Origin: Eledone cirrhosa
Taxonomy: Eukaryota
NCBI GenBank assembly: GCA_964016885.1
Contig: OZ024740.1
Location: 67,580,001-67,644,000 of the forward strand
Reading direction: 5' to 3'
DNA length: 64,000 nt
Shown here: one piece after another, positions 15,300-29,995 of the stretch
Layout of the letters: each line of letters starts with the position of its first letter
Position numbering within the stretch: the first letter of the stretch is position 1
Notes under the pieces: model-generated
The model's database searches: none
Told to the model about the DNA's origin: nothing
Seen by the model: only the letters and a program-made list of their open reading frames with translations
Made by a program: the position numbers and the translations under genes

Positions 15300-16830
15300 A
15301 TCCCGCCGAGGTTAACTTTGCCTTTCATCCTTACAGGGTCGATAAAATAAAGTACCAGTAATGTACTGGATAATTGCTGGCCTTGTGCCAAAAATAGAAA
15401 CAATTATTATTATTATTATTTTGCATGAATTGGCAGTATCGGTAGAGGGTTGGACGTCATGCTTTGACACATAGTTACGTCCCTTTACGGTCTGAGTTCA
15501 AATACCGTCGAGGTTAACTTTGCCTTACATTCTTATGGGGTCGATAAAATAAAGTACCAGTAATGTACAGGTTATTTGCTGGCCTTGTGACAAAAGTAGA
15601 AACAATTATTATTATTATTAGTTTGTGGCATATATTTACGGCCTTTTACGTTCATAGTTCAAATCCCGTCGAGGTTAGCTTTGCCTTTCATCCTTACGGA
15701 GTCGATAAATAAAGCACAGTAATGCACAGGGGTCGATTTAATCGATTTTACTTTCCTCCAAAATGACTGGCCTTGTTTGTACCTAAAATAGAAACATTTA
15801 TTAGTATTATTATTTTACGGCATATAGTTAATGCCTTTTATGTTCTGAGTTCAAATCGCGCCGAGGACAGCCTTGCTTTTCATTCTTACGGGTCGATAAA
15901 ATAAAGCACCTGTAAGGACTAGGGTTGATTTAATCGAGTTTGCCCTCCCCTTCAAATTGCTGACCGTGTGCCTAAAGTAGAAAAAATTATTATTATAATT
16001 GTTGGATTGGTAGAATTGGTAGTGCGTGGTTCTCCATGCTTTGCGACATCGAGTTATGTCCTTACATATCCCACCGAGGTTAGCTTTGCCTTTCAACCTT
16101 ACGGGGTGGATAAATAAAGTATCTGTAAAACACTGTTGTCGATTTAATCGACTTTCCTCTCTCCAAAAATGTTGTCCTTGTGCCTAAATCAGAAACCATT
16201 ATTATTAATAATATTGAGGTGGCGAATTGGCTCAGCCATTGGAACGTCAGGAGGTAGGGTGCTTTGCGGTATTTGTTACGACTCTCTGAGTTCGAGGTTA
16301 GCATTGCTTTTCATCCTTAAGGGGTCGATGAAATAAAGTACCAGTCATGCACTGAGGTCGATTTAATCAAATTTCCTCTTCCCAAAAATTGCTGGCCTTA
16401 TGACTATATAAGAAACCATTATTATTCATATTATTAGGGGATTGGCAGTATCGGTAGAGGGTCAGACGCTATGCTTTACAGCAAAGAGTTATGACCCTTT
16501 ATGGTCTGAGTTCAAATCCCGCTGAGGTTAACTTTGTCTTTCATCCTTACGGGGTCGATAAAATAAAGTACCAGTCAAGCACTGGGGTCGACTTAATCGA
16601 CTTCCCCTCCCCCCAAATTGCTGGCCTTGTGCCTATATAAGAAACCAATATTATTATTTGTAGTAGTAGTAGTAGTAGTAGCCGTGTGAATTAGCAGAAT
16701 CATTAGTACGTCGGGATCACTTTTGCCTCACAATCTTCCGAGGTTGACAAAATAAAGGACCACTTAAGGAACAAGGTCGAAATATTTTCTCATCAAAATC
16801 ACAGGCCTTCTGCCTAAAATATAAAGAACA
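15300..16830 (+). mobile_element. Head-to-tail array of about eight tRNA-derived SINE copies
   Basis: Repeated A-box-like TGGCAGTATCGGTAG, B-box GAGTTCAAATCCC, central GCCTTTCATCCTTACGGGGTCGATAAAATAAAGTACCAG, tail GCTGGCCTTGTGCC..(ATT)n. Confidence 0.88.
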
Positions 16831-17509
16831 TCGCTTTTATCGATCCCAATACAGGACTAAAAATTATTTTTTCAACTGCCGATTAAATAAATTCCCGTCA
16901 AATATTAGGGCTAATTTGATCCAGTAGTACATCCTAAATTTCTGGCTGTGTGTCTATGTTAGAACGAGTTAGTTATGCTATAGTTTCTGTTCGTTAATCC
17001 ATCCAGATTTAGGTTCAAGGGCATTTTCAGCAGTGACACCCCACCTAACTTTCCTACGTGTAGCGGACTCAATATCTATTTTTCTAGTAATGGATGTTGC
17101 GAAGTGGAGGAGACTTCGCTTCTATTTCTCCCTTGATGAGTGACAACATTGAGGTTTCTTTATAGATGGGCTCTGTTATTGCTACTACTGTTGCTGATAG
17201 TGATGCTAGGAGTGAAAGTTGGATTGCGTTGGAGCTGATGATGGTGTTCTGGTTGAGTGGGGGCGCCCATAATTGTTATAATTTGACAAGCAGGAAAGGT
17301 ATACGGACAGACACACAGCCACTCACGTACAAGCACGCCGATGAATATTAACAAGGCAGGAGTGTAGAAGTTTAAGCAGTGAAATGGAGACAAGTTAGTG
17401 TCAACGATGGGAACAAAGTATTCATGGAGGCGGGAGAGGGGTGATGCCTATAATAAGAGTGTGGCGGAATAAACGGAGAGACAGTGAGAGTTAATGACAG
17501 AGAGGGAGT

Positions 17510-19010
<1,501 letters not shown>

Positions 19011-19189
19011 GGGGGGGGGGGGTGTATCTGTGTGTGTGAGTATATGTATAGAATTAGAGAAATGATATATTAGAACTTAGATAAATATAAATGAAGGAAT
19101 CAAAATGTAGAGTGTATAAGCATGCACTTAAATATACATACACAAAATCACACAAATATATGAATACACACGTATGAGTGAGATAGATA

Positions 19190-19436
19190 GCAGAGCGAGA
19201 GAGGGACTGGGAAAGTATGTGGTCTTTGAGAAGGAGAGAGAGGGAGTTAGATATAGAGAGAGAGAGAAAGAGAGAGAGATAGTGAGAGAGAGATGGAGAT
19301 AGATAGATAGATTGATAGGTAGATAGATAGATAGAGAGAGATAGAGAGAGAGAGAGAGTAAGAGAGAGAGAGAGAAAGATATATATATATAGAGAGAGAG
19401 ATGGAGATAGATAGATAGATTGATAGGTAAATAGAT

Positions 19437-19469
<33 letters not shown>

Positions 19470-19565
19470 AAGAGAATAAGAGGGAGACAGAGATAGATGG
19501 ATAGATAGAGAAAGATGGAGATAGATAGATAGATTGATAGGTAGATAGATAGAGAGAGAAAGAGA
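19190..19565. repeat. (GA)/(GATA) tract with a thrice-recurring higher-order unit
   Basis: agatggagatagatagatagattgataggta recurs at ~19291, ~19398 and ~19512. Confidence 0.85.
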
Positions 19566-20252
19566 ATGGCGTGTATAATTTGTGAATCGGTGACCGCTGG
19601 AAAGTGATAAGCGAAAGGTCGGAAAGCAAAAGAGGACATTGTGATGAGTGATGCCGATATTGAAGATGATGATGATGATAATGATGATGATGATGATGAC
19701 AATGATGATGACAATGACGAAGATGGCGATGATGTTTAAAACTTGGACTCGAAAGAAGGGCAACGAAATAAATATGTCGGTAAGATAGAATAAATGAGTA
19801 TAGAAAGGTTACCTCTCTTCTTCCCCAACCAGCGACGTCACTACACCCAACCAAACCCCATGAACAATACATCAACAGCTGAGCCCTATGTATAATTACA
19901 CTTGCCAAAAGCCCCGATTTCAATACGAACGAATCTGTCCTTCCGTCTTTCTTTACATTCTTTTATTTTATGACAAAGTGTTTGGGAAAAAGGGTATTTT
20001 GATGAAATTGCCAAACATACGACTATTAACACAGACTCTAAGTAGAGAAAATGGCGGAGGCTGAAATACTAGCTGTTAAGGTTCTGAGACATAGAATTCT
20101 TTTCTCTTTATGTGTGTAAGTGTGTGTGAAGGGGGTGTTTACCTCATGATTGTGTTTGGTAGGCGAATGCATTGGTTGTAATTTTATCTCGAATCTGTAT
20201 AAGCATGGTTTTGTGTGTCTGTGTGCATGTGTCCCTATATATAACGTCTGAG

Positions 20253-20338
<86 letters not shown>

Positions 20339-20351
20339 CATATATATATAC

Positions 20352-20458
<107 letters not shown>

Positions 20459-20471
20459 CATATATATATAT

Positions 20472-20544
<73 letters not shown>

Positions 20545-20774
20545 CGAAATGTGAGGGCGTGCGTTACATGAGATACTTCCGCTTTACTTTCATTGTCGTC
20601 AATCAAACTTGTTGATTTGTTAACTGAGACAAGACAGCTGTCGGGAAATGTATACTGGTTGGCTATTCGGCTTGCTGTGAATATCATCACCTCACCATCT
20701 CTTCATCTGTCTACCCCTATTTATTTTTATATCTATATATTGGTTTATTATATGTACATATATTTAAGGATATT

Positions 20775-21082
20775 ATCCTGGTTGAGTCGAGAAATAACCA
20801 CAGTTAAATAAGGTTCTGAATACATGTGTGGCGAATAAGCATATACATTATATAGAAATGCCTTCTACAATACTAGAACTGTTTCTATTGAATGGTTTCA
20901 TATGGTCACAACAATCTTAGTCTTTCTATGCTTATCCCGGGTTCAATCGGGGGTAACCAGAGTAAGTAAGGTACTCAATACATAGCTGAGTATAAATATT
21001 TAATATAGAAACGGCTTCTACAGGACAAGAACTGTTTCATTCGGTAGAAACCGGAATGAAACAGTTCTAGTCCTGTAGAAGC

Positions 21083-21083
<1 letters not shown>
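20775..21083 (-). mobile_element. Two tandem family A modules plus terminal fold-back
   Basis: Copies at ~20775-20895 and ~20933-21045; 21013-21083 is a palindrome (ggcttctacaggac..cattcgg / ccggaatg..gtcctgtagaagcc). Confidence 0.75.
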
Positions 21084-21146
<63 letters not shown>

Positions 21147-21148
21147 AT

Positions 21149-21179
<31 letters not shown>

Positions 21180-21274
21180 TTCTACCTGGAATTGCTACCG
21201 GTAGATAGTGTTAGCAATTGGAAAGCCCAATGGAAACATTGTTTCCTCGGTCCGATTTGACGAAAGTCGATCGA

Positions 21275-21374
<100 letters not shown>

Positions 21375-21445
21375 ATATTTGTTTTTGACATGCGCATAAT
21401 AAAATACTTGGAACTCTTTTAATCATCTTTTGTTGATCTTATATT

Positions 21446-21487
<42 letters not shown>

Positions 21488-21969
21488 AATATTTATATGT
21501 TTGTGTGTGTGTATGTATGTGTGGTGTATGTATGCATGTATGCTCGGGCATACTCACAAAAATTTATATATATATATACACATGAATATATATATTTATA
21601 TGTTTAAATGTATATATTCGCGCACATATACATATATACATTTTTATTAGTTATATATCTGTTTCTAAATGCAGCGAATTAAAGGAGTCATTAGATGGTC
21701 GTATAGAATATACCTCGCAGTAATACTTTCTTCTCGCTTCGCTCTTACATCTCAACCTTGCAAGTTCAACTTTACCATTCTTCCTTTCAGGATCGATCAA
21801 TTAAGTGTCAATACAGTGCGGTGGATTGGCAGAGTTGTTACATATGTGTTCAAATTTGAAGGAAATAATTTCACATAGACATCAACGCTAACATCAAAGA
21901 ATAGACAAAAATATAAACAGAAAATTGATGAATAGCCCTGAATAGCCCAGGAAAACTTATGAAAATTAT

Positions 21970-22331
21970 ATTATTGCTGCTGGTGCTGCCGATGTTGGTG
22001 CTTGTGTTGGTACCGAGGTGATGGTAGTGTTGGGGGTAGTAGTATTGATGCTGTAGGTGTAGTGGTGATGGGGTGGATGACGTAGGTGTTGGTGCTGGTG
22101 TTGGTGCCGGTGTTGGTGCCGATGCTGGTAGTGTAGGTGGCAGTAGTGTTGATGCTGGTAAGTGTAGTGGTGATAGCGTGGATGACGTAGGTGTTGTTGA
22201 TGGTGGAATGAGTGTGTAATGGGCGTTGGTTCTACTGCTACTGGTGATAGTGGCTTTGCTGTTTGTGTTAGTGATGATGATGATCGCGTAGGTGTCGTTT
22301 GGGGGTAGAGTGGATATTTGAGGGGTGCTTG

Positions 22332-22374
<43 letters not shown>

Positions 22375-22963
22375 GGTGTTAGTGTTGGTGGTTCTTGTGG
22401 TGATGGCATATGTTTTGATGGTTGTTGTGATGAAGTGGGTGCTTGAAGGTTTCTAGTGAGGCTGCTGCTACTACTGCTGGTGGTAGATTTTGTGGGCGTT
22501 GTGATAACGAAGCTGTAGCTGATGCTGGTGCTGGTGTTGGTGATGGTGCTGGAGCTGACGTTGGTAATAATGGCGATACTGAAATTCGTGTTGAGTACTG
22601 AAGCATATGAACTGTGTTGGGATGAGGTAGGTATTTTTTTTCTCTTTAACGGAAATTGACTTACTTTGATCAGTAGAAATAAGAGAAAATAACATGGAAA
22701 TAATGGCATAAAATATCAGACTAGAGAGCATATGACAAGAGAGTAAGAAAACCAGCAGTCAGGAATTAGAAGAAAGGGTGCATGTGGGGAGATGGAAAGG
22801 ATTGTTGTTCAAGGGTGAGGGAAGGGGTGGCGTAATAAACATTGCAGAGTCAAATGCAACATATGTGAACAGAAGGAAAACTGTTTTAAAGTAAAAGAAA
22901 GACTAAGAAATTGACTAATAACAATGGTGATGATGATGATGGTTTTGGTGGTGGTGGTGGTGT

Positions 22964-23011
<48 letters not shown>

Positions 23012-23082
23012 GGAGGAGGAGGAGGAGGAGGAGGAGGAGGAGGAGGAGAAGAAGAAGAAGAAGAAGAAGAAGAAGAAGAAGA
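21970..23082. repeat. Trinucleotide low-complexity region (TGC, TGG, GAT, GAG, GAA runs)
   Basis: Direct reading. Confidence 0.85.
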
Positions 23083-23339
23083 AATAAACAAGGAAAAATA
23101 TAACGGAGAAAGAATTCTGGTTGGCGAGAATAGAAGCAGTTCTGAGTTTGAAAAAACTCCAAGGCGTTAACTGCTTGAAAAATAAGTAAGACAATAAACG
23201 GAGAGCAGGTAAATAAAATAAAATGAATAAAAGGGATATACTACTTGTAAACTACAAAAAAATAAATCTCAATGAACTGTATCTTGTTGCAACTGTGTAG
23301 TTTGGCTCAGAAACAAATTGTAGAAGACGTTATATATAG

Positions 23340-24020
<681 letters not shown>

Positions 24021-25677
24021 CCTGGCTGTTTAATATATGCCCGTGTGTATTAGTGTGTGTAGTTATCCGCCATGTTATACATAAGTAAACATGCATACAA
24101 AAACGTACATTTCTGTCGAATGTGGTCAATAGAAATAACACCGTAAGGAAAAGTCCGCATGTTGGGCTACGACAACTATAGTTGTAAACCGAAATTTAGT
24201 ATTCACAAAAGATATTTTATATATTTATAGACATCTCTTTCTACTGCTTCAAAATATAATATTTTTCAATTCTATTGAAACTACATTCAACTCTATTTCC
24301 CATGGCATTTTTTCTCTGACATATTTCCTGTGACATTGTTTCTGGGATTCTTACATATTATCCGCTTCAACAACTCTCCAACACCTACGACACGTTTCTT
24401 CTATACACGTACGTATAGAAGTCAACGAGAGACTTGAATATCTATGCAAATACATTACGGCTGAACCCATTTCATCATAAGAATGTTCTAACCTGGAACT
24501 AAACTGCAGCCGAAATATCAACAATAACGAACGTACATCGGTCCCTATGTTAATATAATCAATAAACATACACTTATTGTCCTTGTAAAAATAAGACCAT
24601 TTATTAAAACACTGCTACGAATGACTATCCAACCGCCTAATTTCGTTTTCCCTTAAACGATAATCAGGGATCGCTTACTTTTGTCATAAAAGCTTCTGAC
24701 CACCAAGCAGCGTAGAAATGCGTATAAAAATGTATACAAATTATGTCAGACAGAAGAAAATTGAATCAGGTTCAATATAAAGATTATTCTACGTTTTCGA
24801 ATACAAAATGAAGAAAGTTGTTTCTGAAACATTCTAAGGACCTCTTATAGTGTTTAGAAGAGATGAAGCTATCCTCAAATTGCACTCCTCGTTCGATTGC
24901 TTGTATCAGACTGGAATCCGCTAAAGGCATCAACATTTCAGGCGTTTTTTTGTGAACCCACCAACGAAGCTCACAGCAGAATTTAAACTTAGAACGCTAA
25001 AAATTCGAAAATTCACCGTGATTTGAACTCATAGCTTAACGATTCAGAACAAATATGTTTGAAACCTGAATTATATCTACTCGTAATCTAATATAACGTA
25101 TAGTGACGAATTATACTTAGTGCTAACCATTTCCTTTGATACTCTAGCATTTCTATGGCATTTCTCTTTACTATAACATTGAAGTTGTGCATAAGACGCA
25201 AAACATTAAACGAGTTATCATCGTATAAACGACACTGTAAGAAATAGCCTAAAATTGGTTATAATGGCGAGCTTTTATGAAAAACACCATCACCTACAAC
25301 CCCAAAATAATCATTACCATATGCAGCAGCATCATATTCACTACCAGCACCAGCACCACCACCACCAGTACCTACTCCAACACCACCTCCACTACCACCA
25401 ACATCATCATAATAATGATCATCATCCTCATCACATGGCGAAGAAATTTTCGCCGCCAACCCCTCTTTACAAATCATCCTGTTCGTATATCACAATCACG
25501 ATTCTCGAAACCTATAGACGCTTCTAGAAATAGTTACCAAGCTTCTTTCTAAAAAAAGGTGTTTGGGAACGCATTGGATGTTTTAATCTCATATACGGGG
25601 AATCTGAAAGGAAAATATCGGCGGAATGGTCATGGAGGGAAGATTCTTTCCTCAAGCTTGACAACAACAACAACAAA

Positions 25678-25775
<98 letters not shown>

Positions 25776-25929
25776 AAACAATCTCCTGAAGCTGTAATAA
25801 TTTCCTCTACTGATGTATATTCTGAATGTATATATATATCCTTCATATATCGAAAACTTTTACACTCTTTGGGTATCAGCATCTAGGACAGATTGCTGAA
25901 GTTTGTTCCTTACATATGTCTCGTCTCAT

Positions 25930-26940
25930 TCCGTCAGCAATTTGATTTACAGACTTTCCCGATGCTTGACCTCTGATACACATCTTTCAAACCTGTCGCA
26001 TTTAAAGTGAAACTCACCCAAAAGTACTATAAAGACTTAATACTTACGACGTAAATAAACGGTATAAATAAAATGTCACTTATCTAGGTTCGTTTCACTG
26101 AACATCTACGAAACAATCAATTAACAAACACCCCGTAACCTATTGCACGTTTCTCCTCCTCACACAATCTACAATCTCTTAAATATGTGTTGTTTTACGC
26201 AGTGGCTCATCTTGTTTTCCGTCATGGTTGCTCTGTTCCATTTGGATTGTATAGTGACAATCACCTTATTGCACCTTTTACCCTCTACGCTCGCACGCCA
26301 CAACAACATAATACTTATTACAATAAAAATCCATGTATAACTCACATAAACTAATCCTCCACATCCACACATTAACATAGGCTGAATATGTAACGCCTAT
26401 ACATTCATCAGCCTAAAACCATAGTAACTCCACATTGACCCATGACTCTTAATACACATTTTTGCACACAAATCACTACTATCAATTGAATAGACCAGCT
26501 TGTACAATTTTACATACACAGTTAACCACCATTACCCCTTTACCCGTGATATTTCATCCTTACTCTCCTACCCCTTTATCTATCTCTACAATTTTACGCT
26601 AATATCTAGTCCACCACCCCCATCCAAACTCTTTCTATGGGTGACTAACCTATTTCACACTTCTACACACACAGATCCACTCCCCCAGCTCCCTGCACCT
26701 ACTTTTCCCTTTTCCTCTCTTCTTCACTCCTCCCTGTCTTTCGCTTTCGCCCCATGAGTTCTCACTACCACCCAATTCGTTACTCATATTCCCTCCTATC
26801 TCTGCTCACGGCCACCCGTTTGTTTGTCCACTTCCTGTCCTGACGGTCAAACCCCTCATAACAAATGATGAAACTACTCTAAACAAAACACCTCCTTCAA
26901 CACGATCAACACGATATCATTCCTACATTTTTTATAATTT
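25930..26940 (+). mobile_element. Decayed PLE 3' end (GIY-YIG remnant plus C/A-rich 3' region)
   Basis: Manual translation gives SNLIY, RFTEHLR and LVFRHGCSVPFGL in order, resembling a PLE GIY-YIG C-terminus; broken by stops and frameshifts. Confidence 0.45.
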
Positions 26941-27993
26941 TTTTTCATATTCTAACACTTCTTTATTAAAGGGTTTAACGAGAGACCCAGCTCCCTTCTC
27001 TTTCTATTCAGTGTAAACATTTTCATTACATATTTTGTACATACTTACTTTATCAAGATATATTGATATTCAGGGTTTTTTTTTATTTTCAAGATTCCAT
27101 CAGATGATATCAAAAGAGATTACAATTGCTAATTTAGATTCGCATAAACATTTTTTTTCTCTCTTTTAGAACATAAAAAATGCATATTATATTTAATAGA
27201 TAACTGATTACTTTACAGCGGGATTGAATATGAACTAATTCCCTCTTCGTTGTACCTATTAGTAAAGAATTTGGTGAAAAATCACACGCCACGCTAATAC
27301 AATTTTCTACGAATTGAAAATGTTATAACGTTAGAGCTATGAGTTAGCCTCAGCTTTTGTTTATCCCTGACACGCAAGTTCGATGTATGATTAAAAAAAT
27401 ATAATAAAAATAAAGTTAGTAGAAAATACTGTAAAATGCTCAGAAATCATTAAATGTTTTTCAAACTTATGATTGTAATGGATCATTATAAGTAGATGCA
27501 GTGTTATATATGTATGTATGCATGCGTGTATGTATGTATGTTCTTCTGGTTTTATAATTTCCCAAATTTTTGTCAATAGAGAGAGAGTCGGTTTCTAACA
27601 TAGATACAAGACTCTCTCATTGGAATTTACACAACATCAACTAGGTAGATATGTATGCATGTCTGCATGCATGCATGTGTATACAAGTATGGATGTTATT
27701 GTATGTGTGGATGTGTATGTTTTGAGATATATGTGTGCATGTGTATGTGTACATGCTTTGTATCTATACATGTGTATATGCAGTTATTAGATGCAACATT
27801 TTTTGGAATGTTTTACATATTTTTACTTTTCCTTTAATGGATTGTACTTCTAATTTCCTATGTATGTATGTATGTATTTATGTATATATATATGCGTGTA
27901 TGTATATGTACAAGTAATATTTCCGTCTACTAACCCTTTTTTCCCTCTCATTCTCTATGTTTCTATTTCATCTTTTATTTCACATTCTATCTC

Positions 27994-28022
27994 CAGATGA
28001 CGGACTAGTGTCCGAAACGCTA
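27994..28022 (+). ncRNA. Degenerate minimal hammerhead-like motif
   Basis: CAGATGA-C-GGAC-tagt-GTCC-GAAAC; U4 mutated, no stem I visible. Confidence 0.35.
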
Positions 28023-28114
28023 ACACTCGTTTCCCATTATTTCAAGAGTTAAACTAATATATTTCTCCATTGTATTGTTTGGTTTGTTATTTGCTTTGTT
28101 ATTTCTGCTAAACT

Positions 28115-28211
<97 letters not shown>

Positions 28212-28213
<2 letters not shown>

Positions 28214-28410
28214 ACAAAGGTGTGGTAAGATACCAGGTGAACCATAACGCACCAGATTACTCGATACTTAGGTTAGTAGAGTGGGTAATGGAAAAAGAGT
28301 CAGGACCCTGACGGCTCAGCTCCGACCATTTCGACGGCTAGATCCGAACTGTTCGGATCTAGCTGTCGAAAGCGCTGGAGATCAGCCGCCGGCGTCCTGA
28401 CTCTTTTCTC
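28212..28410 (-). mobile_element. Family C module with ~120-bp imperfect palindrome
   Basis: gaaaaagagtcaggac..ttcgacggctagatccgaac-t-gttcggatctagctgtcgaa..gtcctgactcttttctc; (TA)n on both sides. Confidence 0.8.
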
Positions 28411-28719
28411 ATATATATATATCATAAACCTATGAGTCTGAGAAGAAGTGAGAGTAAGTTAGGTTGTTAGATGATGTATGTAAAATATCTATATAGAAAT
28501 ATATATATATACACTTATATTTGAATTATAATTAACCACTCTATGCGTACAATGCATTCACCCGTATCTGCCGAGGGAGTTGTACGAGTGCAGTGTTGAC
28601 ACTCGGCATTTCCTAATGCGTTTTTTAAAACTTGGTGGAGCCCATTTCCTCTCCACAAAAATGTTCTTCCAGAGAAGGAAAGATACCGAGAGAAAGGAAT
28701 TTAGAAAAATATATAGACG

Positions 28720-28880
28720 AAGAGTCAGTCCCAGTTCTAGACTGGTACTTTTTTAGCTACTTTAAATGGATGAAGCGCAAAGTTCACCTCGGCGTGATTT
28801 CAACTCAGAGAGCAGAGATCGGAATGAATACTGCTATGTATTCTTTCCGACGTTCTAACGATTCTGCCAATTCGCCGTCA
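28720..28880 (-). mobile_element. Diverged tRNA-derived SINE
   Basis: Reverse-strand ctggtact..ggatgaagcgcaaagttcacctcggcgtgattt..gattctgccaattcgcc matches the array unit. Confidence 0.7.
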
Positions 28881-29468
28881 ATGCGTACTATACATAAATG
28901 TTATATACCAACAATCTATATACTACTAAAACTCAGTGATTTCTTGCTTGCTTGTCTATAATGTAATACAGCCAAAAGGGCGCATAATGGGAAAATATTT
29001 TGAAAGGAAGTTGACCCTGAAATGGGAATACAAATGGAATAAAACAAGCTTCGTGTTCCCGAGATATGGGGTTTTTCCGAGTACCTTCATAAACAGAGAG
29101 AGAGAGAGAGAGAGTGAGAGAGAGAGAGATAGGGAGAGATAGATAGATAGGTAGATATATATATATATATAGAGAGAGAGAGAGCTGGTTGTGCTGTTGT
29201 GTATATATGTATGTGAGTGTGTATGGATATATATATGTGTGTGTGTGTGTGAGTCTATGACCAGTGTATATCGATCACAGACACCCACGTATATATACAC
29301 GCAGACACACACTTACATATATATATATATACATACATATATATATACATATATATATATATATACACACACACATTTATATATATATACATACACGTAT
29401 ATATATATATATATATATATATGGAGAAAAAATTTACGAAATGGAAATGCGGGTATATAGAATTTATT

Positions 29469-29585
29469 AGGTAACAATTGTTTCTATAGTGTATGAGTTA
29501 CCTATACCTCGCTATTTGAATAATACACAAATATTATCAAAAACCGAAAGTATACTGTAAGCCAACACACCATGTCATCAGACCT
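29469..29585 (-). ncRNA. Type I hammerhead with very long stem II in the PLE 3' region
   Basis: AGGT-CTGATGA-C-ATGGTGTGT..(long hairpin)..ATACACTAT-A-GAAAC-AATT-GTT-ACCT: stem I AGGT/ACCT, palindromic loop III AATT, GUU triplet. Confidence 0.75.
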
Positions 29586-29995
29586 TTGTATTAGAATGAT
29601 ATGAAAATATTTTATACACTAGATAAAAGATAAAGAAGGAGGTAGGAAGAGAAGGGGAAGAGGGAAGTGAGTAAGGTGGAGGGAGTCCTAGGGTTTAAGA
29701 CTGTCAGACTAGTAGAGATTGTGAAGAGAGAATGTTTTGGCAACAGTTAGCTTAATGAGGCGTGTTAAGGTTGGCTGGGAAGTAGATTCTTCTAGTGGTG
29801 TTGTTCGGACAAAATTTAGTTAGAGGGGTCAAAGTGGTACAATGTCACAGACAAGTTATTAGGGCTATTATAGTAGCAGGTTATTTCTAAAGGGGTCCAG
29901 AAAAACAGTGTTTAGTACTATTATTATAGAAAGCAATATCTAGTGTATAAACATATAAGACAGAAATTTGCAAACGTTGGTGTAAAAAGGTAACA

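Noticed and set aside
15300-16830. CRISPR-like repeat array or tRNA gene cluster
   Set aside because: Units are ~200-bp diverged SINEs with no unique spacers, no cas genes and no full cloverleaf.
21966-22709. 247-aa His/Ala/Ser-rich ORF
   Set aside because: Built from trinucleotide low-complexity sequence; no domain or splice evidence.
26378-26415. CTGATGA on the minus strand within a hairpin
   Set aside because: No GAAA or stem III follows; simple hairpin.
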